From Myxococcota bacterium (GTDB lineage Bacteria > Myxococcota_A > UBA796 > GCA-2862545): a stretch of 28,483 nt of DNA. The notes under the pieces are model-generated. The model made no database searches. It saw only the letters and a list, made by a program, of their open reading frames with translations, and was not told the DNA's origin. The stretch spans positions 1-28,483 of the forward strand of contig JBCCQY010000117.1 of the NCBI GenBank assembly GCA_039208735.1. The letters are read 5' to 3'. How positions within the stretch are numbered: position 1 is the stretch's first letter; every line of letters starts with the position of its first letter. This document shows, piece by piece, positions 20,981 through 28,483 of this stretch. The position numbers and the translations under genes are program-made.

Positions 20981-21265
20981 CTAGGACTCGAACAGATTGA
21001 GTTCGTGCCCCTCGGAGAGGGTCACGTACGCTTTCTTCCAGTTCTTCCGCTTGCCGAAACGACGGCCAAAGCGCTTCACCTTGCCGCGCATCACGAGCGT
21101 ACGAACGGATTCGACCTCGACGCCGTAGAAGCTTTCGATCGCCTTAGCAATCTGGGGCTTCGTCGCATCGATGGCGACCTCGAAGGCGTAGGAACGGTCC
21201 GTGCCGAGCAACGATGTGCTCTTCTCGGTGACGAGCGGACGAATGAGGGTGTCCTTGATGAGCAT
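20981..21265 (-). CDS. rplW: 50S ribosomal protein L23
   Basis: RPLVTEKS, ATKPQI, WKKAYVTL. Confidence 0.97.
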   Translation of the reverse strand: MLIKDTLIRPLVTEKSTSLLGTDRSYAFEVAIDATKPQIAKAIESFYGVEVESVRTLVMRGKVKRFGRRFGKRKNWKKAYVTLSEGHELNLFES

Positions 21266-21273
21266 GGAACCTC

Positions 21274-21894
21274 CTACGCCGTGAGCCGGGCGGTGATCGC
21301 GTCGACCGCGTCTTTCGTCATCACGAGCGACTTGTGCCGCAGAATGTCGTAGACGTTGACGCCCTCGGGCGGAAGCACGGTGACTCCCGGCAGGTTGCGC
21401 GCCGACTTGTAGAGCACTTCGTCACGAGGCGCGACGATAAGCGTGGTCTCGAGTTCAAAACGCTTGCGGAAATCTGCCACGTGACGCGTCTTGATCTGTT
21501 CGAGTTCGAACTTGTCAAGCACGACGACCGAAGACTCGGCACAGCGTCGCGACAACGCCGAAATCAGAGCGAGCCGACGCACCTTGCGGTTGAGCTTGAA
21601 CGCGTGGCTACGGACGCGGGGCCCGAAGACAACACCACCGCCACGCCACTGAGGCGAGCGGGTCGAGCCCTGACGCGCACGACCAGTACCCTTCTGGCGC
21701 CACGGCTTGCGGCCGCCGCCCCGGACTTCGGCGCGTTCCTTGGCCTTGTGCGTCCCCGAGCGGCGCTTGGCACGCTGGTAGCGAACGGCTGCGTACAGCA
21801 GGTGTTCGCGGACCTCAGCGCCGAACACGCGGTCATTCAGATCGATTTCACCGACCTTGCTGCGCTCGGTGTTGAACATGTCGATTGTGGCCAT
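21274..21894 (-). CDS. rplD: 50S ribosomal protein L4
   Basis: [37 protein letters not shown] before ATG 21894. Confidence 0.97.
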   Translation of the reverse strand: MATIDMFNTERSKVGEIDLNDRVFGAEVREHLLYAAVRYQRAKRRSGTHKAKERAEVRGGGRKPWRQKGTGRARQGSTRSPQWRGGGVVFGPRVRSHAFKLNRKVRRLALISALSRRCAESSVVVLDKFELEQIKTRHVADFRKRFELETTLIVAPRDEVLYKSARNLPGVTVLPPEGVNVYDILRHKSLVMTKDAVDAITARLTA

Positions 21895-21909
21895 CGTCGT
21901 TCCTGTCTC

Positions 21910-21942
21910 GCCCTTGACGACAAAGGGCCGGCGAACCGGCCC
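21910..21942 (-). promoter_or_regulatory. Overlapping alternative hairpins between rpsJ and rplD (terminator/antiterminator-like)
   Basis: mRNA GGGCCGG-TTCG-CCGGCCC-TTTGTCGT; the alternative stem GCCCTT...AAGGGC shares bases 21925-21928. Confidence 0.4.
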
Positions 21943-21949
21943 GGAGCAC

Positions 21950-22264
21950 CTACGAGAGTTTGATTTCGACGTGCACACCCGCGGACAGGTCAAGCTTCAT
22001 AAGAGCGTCGACGGTCTGCTGGGTGGGCTCGAGGATATCGAGAAGTCGGTGATGAGTACGCCGCTCGAACTGTTCGCGCGACTTCTTGTCGATGTGCGGC
22101 CCCCGCAGCACCGTCCACCGGTTGATGGTGGTGGGAAGCGGGAAAGGACCACGGATCGAAACGCCCGAACGCTTTGCCGTCTCCACGATTTCGCGGGCCG
22201 ACTTGTCGAGCAGCTGGTGATCGTAGGCCTTCAGCCGAATGCGGATTTTGTTTCCGTTAGCCAT
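21950..22264 (-). CDS. rpsJ: 30S ribosomal protein S10
   Basis: [30 protein letters not shown]; starts 4 nt after the tuf stop. Confidence 0.98.
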   Translation of the reverse strand: MANGNKIRIRLKAYDHQLLDKSAREIVETAKRSGVSIRGPFPLPTTINRWTVLRGPHIDKKSREQFERRTHHRLLDILEPTQQTVDALMKLDLSAGVHVEIKLS

Positions 22265-22268
22265 CAGC

Positions 22269-23459
<1,191 letters not shown>

Positions 23460-23733
23460 CTGATACTCCGATGGGCCTAGGCACACGCCCAGGACGGAGG
23501 TTTCGGGGAATCGGTCGGAGAAGAACCCGGGCATCGGGCCTTCCGCAGCATGCCAGGCCTTCCCGCACTAAGCGCGAGTGGTTCCTACCGAGCTGGGGTG
23601 GCACGCGCGAGGGCGCGCAAGCCACAGTGGCGGTCACATACCTCAGTGAGGCGGGAGCGCCAAGCGGATCTCCGATGTTTTCACCGGAGCATCCGCGTCC
23701 GTCAACGGAAACAAGCCCACCAGGCCCGTTCCG
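23460..23733 (-). other. Structured rpsG-tuf intergenic region at the usual fusA position
   Basis: Several long stems; the tuf SD (GGAG) lies in a stem. Confidence 0.45.
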
Positions 23734-24204
23734 TTACCACCGGTAATGCGCAAACGCGCGGTTGGCCTCGGCCATCCGGTGAACGTCTTCCTTTTTCTTG
23801 ATCGCATTGCCGCGATTATGGCTCGCCTCGATGAGTTCGTTGGCGATCTTCTCGCGCATGGACTTGCCCGACCGCTGGCGCGCGTACTGGGCGAGCCATC
23901 GCATCGCAAGCGCCACCTGACGCTCGGGGCGGACCTCGATCGGCACCTGGTAGGTCGACCCGCCAACACGCCGGGACTTCACCTCAACCGAGGGCTTCAC
24001 GTTGTCGAGCGCCCGACGGAAGACCAGCTGTGGGTCCTCGCGGGTACGCTCGGCGATGAGGTCGAACGAACCGTACACGATACGCTCGGCAACGGCCTTC
24101 TTGCCGTCGCGCATAAGGCAGTTCGTGAACTTCGTGACGAGGACATCGTGGAACTTCGGGTCCGGGAGGACCTTGCGCTTCGGTACTTCGCGGCGACGAG
24201 GCAT
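23734..24204 (-). CDS. rpsG: 30S ribosomal protein S7
   Basis: [34 protein letters not shown]. Confidence 0.99.
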   Translation of the reverse strand: MPRRREVPKRKVLPDPKFHDVLVTKFTNCLMRDGKKAVAERIVYGSFDLIAERTREDPQLVFRRALDNVKPSVEVKSRRVGGSTYQVPIEVRPERQVALAMRWLAQYARQRSGKSMREKIANELIEASHNRGNAIKKKEDVHRMAEANRAFAHYRW

Positions 24205-24213
24205 GGACGATTC

Positions 24214-24588
24214 CTACTTCTTGGGCTTTTTGGCGCCGTACTTCGAGCGCCCTTGCCGGCGGTCGTTCACGCCGTGTGCGTCGAGCGGCCCGCGGATGAT
24301 GTGGTAGCGAACACCAGGCAAATCCTTCACACGGCCCCCGCGAATGAGCACCGAGTTGTGCTCCTGCAGGTTGTGCCCCTCGCCCGGGATGTACGACGTG
24401 ACCTCGATGCCGTTGGTCAACCGCACACGCGCCACCTTGCGGAGCGCGGAGTTCGGCTTCTTCGGCGTGGTCGCGTAGACACGGGTGCAAACACCGCGAC
24501 GCTGCGGGCACCCTTTGAGGGCCGGCGCGGTGCTCTTCTTGCGGATCCGCTTGCGGCCCTTGCGGACGAGTTGCTGAATGGTTGGCAT
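24214..24588 (-). CDS. rpsL: 30S ribosomal protein S12
   Basis: [38 protein letters not shown]. Confidence 0.99.
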   Translation of the reverse strand: MPTIQQLVRKGRKRIRKKSTAPALKGCPQRRGVCTRVYATTPKKPNSALRKVARVRLTNGIEVTSYIPGEGHNLQEHNSVLIRGGRVKDLPGVRYHIIRGPLDAHGVNDRRQGRSKYGAKKPKK

Positions 24589-24741
24589 GAAGGGAAATCC
24601 TGGGAGGTTGGCACCCCGACTCACCACGGCCCCTGGTGGGGGTGGGGGGGAGTGGGCGGCGTCGAATCAGGGGGGACTGGGAACTCCAGGAGCCACAGTC
24701 CGGGCTCGGTGACGAGCCACAGAAAATTGATCAGACAAGCG

Positions 24742-24770
24742 CGAATAAAAGTTCTGGAGGCTGGTGTCAA
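24742..24770 (-). promoter_or_regulatory. Putative sigma70 promoter of the rpsL operon
   Basis: Perfect -35 TTGACA (24770-24765), 17-nt spacer, -10-like TATTCG (24747-24742), in a locally AT-rich patch. Confidence 0.55.
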
Positions 24771-24827
24771 GCCAAAGCATGCCAATGCGAGCCCCCACAA
24801 AGGTGAGGGCCCGCATCGGTCATGGGA

Positions 24828-27800
24828 CTACTTGGCCGCGCCTGCCGTCTCGAGGCTGGCGGCATCGCTCTCTTCGGCGAACGACATGCCAAGCTTGCGG
24901 TACGACGCAAAGCCGGTGCCGGCGGGGATCAAACGACCCATGATCACGTTTTCCTTGCAGCCGCGCAGGTTGTCGATGCTGCCCTTGATCGCGGCCTCGG
25001 TAAGCACCCGCGTGGTTTCCTGGAACGACGCGGCCGACAAGAACGAGTCGGTCGACAGCGATGCCTTGGTGATCCCCAGGAGGAGCGACTCGGCTTGCGC
25101 CGGGATCCCGCCCATGGCCATGACCTGCTGGTTGACCTGGGTGAACCGATGCTTGTCGACCACTTCCTCGACAAGGAAGTCGGTGTCGCCCACATCGCGG
25201 ATCTTCACACGGCGAAGCATCTGCCGGACGATGACTTCGATGTGCTTGTCGTTGATCTTGACGCCCTGTAGGCGGTAGACCTCCTGGACCTCGTCCACAA
25301 GGTAGCGAGCCAGAGCTGCTTCGCCGTTGATCTTCAGGATGTCGTGGGGGTTCGCCGCCCCATCCATGAGGGCCTCACCGGCGCGGACGTAATCGCCCTC
25401 GTTGACGGTGATGTTCTTGCCCTTGGGAATGAGGTATTCCTCCTCGGTTCCCTCGTCGGTGGTGACGATGATGCGGCGCTTGCCCTTCGTGTCCTTCCCG
25501 AACGACACCGTGCCGTCGATCTCGGTGATGATGGCCACTTCTTTCGGCTTCCGCGCCTCGAAGAGTTCGGCCACCCGGGGCAGACCACCGGTAATGTCCT
25601 TCGTCTTTGTCGTTTCACGCGGAATCTTCGCCAGGACGTCGCCCAGCTCGATGTCGGTGCCATCCTTGGCCACGATGTAGGCGTTCACCGGCAGGAAGTA
25701 CCGGGCCAAGGCCTTGCCTGACTCGGGGTCCTTACAGATGATTCGCGGCTTGAGATCGGTATCCTTGAAGTCGGTAACGACGTTGCGCTGAAGACCCGTG
25801 ATGTCGATCTCGGTCTTCATCGACCGGCCGTCCTCGAGGTCTTCGAACTTGGCCATACCTTTGTTGTTGGCGAGGATGGGCAAGTTGAAGGGGTCCCACT
25901 GGGCTACGCGTTCCTTCGCGTTGACCTTCTGACCGTCGTTGACGAGCAGCTGGGCACCGTACGGCACACCGTAGCGCTCCCGCTCGCGGCCCTTGGCATC
26001 GACGACCGATACTTCCCCGTTGCGCGACATCGCGATGATGCGGCCTTCGCGGTCATTGACCGTCGAAAGGGTGTCGCTGAACCGGATGTGGCCCGCGGTG
26101 CGGAGTTCGAGGTGTGACTGCGCCACGAGGCCGGTCGCCGCACCACCGATGTGGAAGGTCCGCATCGTAAGCTGCGTACCAGGCTCACCGATGGACTGGG
26201 CAGCGATGACGCCCACCGCTTCACCGATGTTGACGAGACGACCTCGCGCAAGGTCGCGACCGTAGCAGTTCGCACACACGCCCCACTGCATCTCGCACGC
26301 GATGATGCTGCGGATGCGGACGCGGTCCACACCGGACTGAACGATGCGGTCGACCGCATCTTCATCGAGCATGTCGCCACGAGCCGCGAGCACCTCGTCC
26401 GAGTAGGGGTCGAGCACGTCTTCGGCCACGATGCGACCAAGGATGCGTTCACCGAGGTGTTCGATGACCTCGCCGCCTTCGATGAGGCTCGACACTTCGA
26501 GGCCCTCGACCGTACCGCAGTCGATTGCGGTGACGATCGTGTCCTGCACAACGTCGACGAGGCGACGCGTGAGGTAGCCTGAGTTCGCGGTCTTCAATGC
26601 GGTATCGGCCAGGCCCTTCCGCGCACCGTGGGTCGAGATGAAGTACTGCAGCACGGTCAGCCCTTCGCGGAAGTTCGCGGTGATGGGCTGCTCGATGATC
26701 TCACCGGACGGCTTGGCCATGAGGCCGCGCATCCCGGCAAGCTGACGGACCTGCGTGGGCGAACCACGCGCCCCGCTGTCGACCATCATGAAGATCGAGT
26801 TGAATGAAGGCTGTTCTTCCTTCTTCTCGCCGTCGAGCGACTCGACATCCTCGACGCTGATGCCGCTGATCAGAGCATCGGAGATGTCCGTGGTCACTCG
26901 GGTCCAGATGTCGACGACCTTGTTGTACTTTTCGCGGGGCGTAATCAGCCCTTCCTGGTACTGGGTCTCGGTCTCCTGGACCTGTCCGTAGGCTTCGTCG
27001 AGGATCTGCTGCTTGTTCGCAGGGATCTCCATGTCGGCCATGCAGATCGACACCCCGGCCTCGGCCGCCATGCGGAAGCCCATGGCCATGAGCGCATCGG
27101 CGAAGAGCACCGTCTTCTTGGGTCCGGCGGTCCGGTAGCAGCGGTCGATGACTTCACCGAGCGCCTTCTTCGACATCGCGCGGTCCACGAGGCCAAACGG
27201 CAGCTCACGGGGCACGATGTTGTAGAAGAGCACGCGGCCCACGGTGGTCGCGACGAGTTCGCCCTTGGCCTCGACAACGTTCAACTCGTTGTCTTCGGTC
27301 CACACGGGCAACCGGTTTTCGAAGCCGAAGAACCCGGCCGGCGCGGTCACCAGCGTGAGCGAGTCCTTGTACTCCTCACGCAGCTTCTTGATCACGGCGC
27401 GGAGCTGCTGCAGGCGCGTCGAGACGTTGAAGCGACCATCGATCTTGGGCTTGCCGCTTCCGTCGACTTCGACGATAGGCTGGATGGCCGCCACGGTGCG
27501 TTGGGCACCGCGGATCTCGGGCATCTCGTAGATCCAGACCTGGACGCCTTCGATGACTTCGTCGCGAACCTTCTGGATGGGGCCCGCCGCCGACTTCTCG
27601 GCGTAGCCATCAACGTGCTCGGCATGGTGGCTTGCGAGCATGACGATGGTGTCCTTACCATACTGCTCGGGATTGCCGATGCCTTCGTTGCGACCCTGGT
27701 AGTCCTCGGGCGACGTTTCCTTCGTCACCAACCGTGCAAGGTCGACGACAACCGCGGTGTTCTCATCCTGTGGGATGTTGAACGTACGGCCTTCGCCCGC

Positions 27801-28483
27801 GATGACGGCGAAACCATCTCCGCCCAGCGCAGCAAACTCGCCCAGTGCGATCGGCTCCGCCGTGTCGACGAAGCGGTCGACGTGGCCTCGGTGCAGGTGC
27901 CAGACTTCGGCCTTGTTCGCGACATCGACCCCGAGCACGAGGTGCGCGTCGAGCAGTTCAGGAAGCTGTTCTTTGAGCCGCTTTTCGAGCGGACGCGAGG
28001 GCATCCGGACCTTCACCCGAGCGTGAAGGTCGACCTCGTCATTGTCGTACGCAATCACGACCTCGGAGGGGCTCGAGAACACGCGGTCCTCGCCCTTCGC
28101 GAACTTGCGCTCACGGGTCATGTAGTAGGCGCCCAACACGACATCCTGCGACGGCTGGATGATGGGCTTGCCGTGCGCCGGCGACAGGATGTTGTTGGTC
28201 GACATCATGAGCACGCGGGCCTCGATCTGAGCCTCGATCGAAAGCGGCACGTGCACGGCCATCTGGTGACCGTCGAAGTCCGCATTGAACGCGGTACAGA
28301 CGAGCGGGTGCAGACGGATGGCGCGCCCTTCGATGAGGACCGGCTCGAACGCCTGGATGCCGAGGCGGTGAAGCGTCGGGGCGCGGTTCAGAAGCACCGG
28401 GTGTTCGCGGATCACCTCTTCCAAGATGTCCCAGACTTCCGGCCGCTCTTTTTCGACGAGCCGCTTAGCGGCTTTGATCGTCG
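24828..28483 (-). CDS. rpoC: RNA polymerase beta' subunit, 5'-truncated by the window edge
   Basis: [21 protein letters not shown](H)[61 protein letters not shown]. The frame is open to the window end. Confidence 0.99.
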   Translation of the reverse strand, partial: TIKAAKRLVEKERPEVWDILEEVIREHPVLLNRAPTLHRLGIQAFEPVLIEGRAIRLHPLVCTAFNADFDGHQMAVHVPLSIEAQIEARVLMMSTNNILSPAHGKPIIQPSQDVVLGAYYMTRERKFAKGEDRVFSSPSEVVIAYDNDEVDLHARVKVRMPSRPLEKRLKEQLPELLDAHLVLGVDVANKAEVWHLHRGHVDRFVDTAEPIALGEFAALGGDGFAVIAGEGRTFNIPQDENTAVVVDLARLVTKETSPEDYQGRNEGIGNPEQYGKDTIVMLASHHAEHVDGYAEKSAAGPIQKVRDEVIEGVQVWIYEMPEIRGAQRTVAAIQPIVEVDGSGKPKIDGRFNVSTRLQQLRAVIKKLREEYKDSLTLVTAPAGFFGFENRLPVWTEDNELNVVEAKGELVATTVGRVLFYNIVPRELPFGLVDRAMSKKALGEVIDRCYRTAGPKKTVLFADALMAMGFRMAAEAGVSICMADMEIPANKQQILDEAYGQVQETETQYQEGLITPREKYNKVVDIWTRVTTDISDALISGISVEDVESLDGEKKEEQPSFNSIFMMVDSGARGSPTQVRQLAGMRGLMAKPSGEIIEQPITANFREGLTVLQYFISTHGARKGLADTALKTANSGYLTRRLVDVVQDTIVTAIDCGTVEGLEVSSLIEGGEVIEHLGERILGRIVAEDVLDPYSDEVLAARGDMLDEDAVDRIVQSGVDRVRIRSIIACEMQWGVCANCYGRDLARGRLVNIGEAVGVIAAQSIGEPGTQLTMRTFHIGGAATGLVAQSHLELRTAGHIRFSDTLSTVNDREGRIIAMSRNGEVSVVDAKGRERERYGVPYGAQLLVNDGQKVNAKERVAQWDPFNLPILANNKGMAKFEDLEDGRSMKTEIDITGLQRNVVTDFKDTDLKPRIICKDPESGKALARYFLPVNAYIVAKDGTDIELGDVLAKIPRETTKTKDITGGLPRVAELFEARKPKEVAIITEIDGTVSFGKDTKGKRRIIVTTDEGTEEEYLIPKGKNITVNEGDYVRAGEALMDGAANPHDILKINGEAALARYLVDEVQEVYRLQGVKINDKHIEVIVRQMLRRVKIRDVGDTDFLVEEVVDKHRFTQVNQQVMAMGGIPAQAESLLLGITKASLSTDSFLSAASFQETTRVLTEAAIKGSIDNLRGCKENVIMGRLIPAGTGFASYRKLGMSFAEESDAASLETAGAAK

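Noticed and set aside
23460..23733. tRNA upstream of tuf (tufB-style) or fusA pseudogene
   Set aside because: No cloverleaf or GTTCRA T-loop, and no EF-G-like peptide recognised.
25590..26140. Second large RpoC insert after TFHIGG
   Set aside because: This is the known SI3 trigger-loop insertion, of ordinary size.
27264..28001. Intein in RpoC
   Set aside because: No N-terminal Cys/Ser block, no terminal His-Asn followed by Cys/Ser/Thr, and no LAGLIDADG motifs.

Overview
GC-rich bacterial window, most likely Myxococcota (MYXO-CTERM tail and a myxobacterial Cys-rich repeat). Positions 1-7.6 kb are accessory and metabolic genes: a Na+-pumping carboxybiotin decarboxylase (alpha C-terminus plus beta), a DDAH-family amidinohydrolase, two lipoproteins, an S8 protease, an alpha/beta hydrolase and a small secreted protein. 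Positions 7.7-28.5 kb are one minus-strand run: rpoC (partial)-rpsL-rpsG-tuf-S10-spc-secY-map-alpha clusters, then fur, secG and tRNA-Leu(GAG). This core region departs from the canonical form in five ways. (1) The RpoC catalytic motif reads NADFDGH instead of NADFDGD. (2) RpoC carries a ~246-aa insertion. (3) fusA, rplC, rpsN, adk, infA, rpmJ and rpsD are absent from their usual places, which removes all three Zn-ribbon (C+/C-) r-protein genes of this cluster. (4) Several gaps contain strongly base-paired intergenic sequence. (5) L29 has a C-terminal extension ending in an amphipathic helix resembling the MinD membrane-targeting sequence. No CRISPR array, rRNA or transposase was seen.
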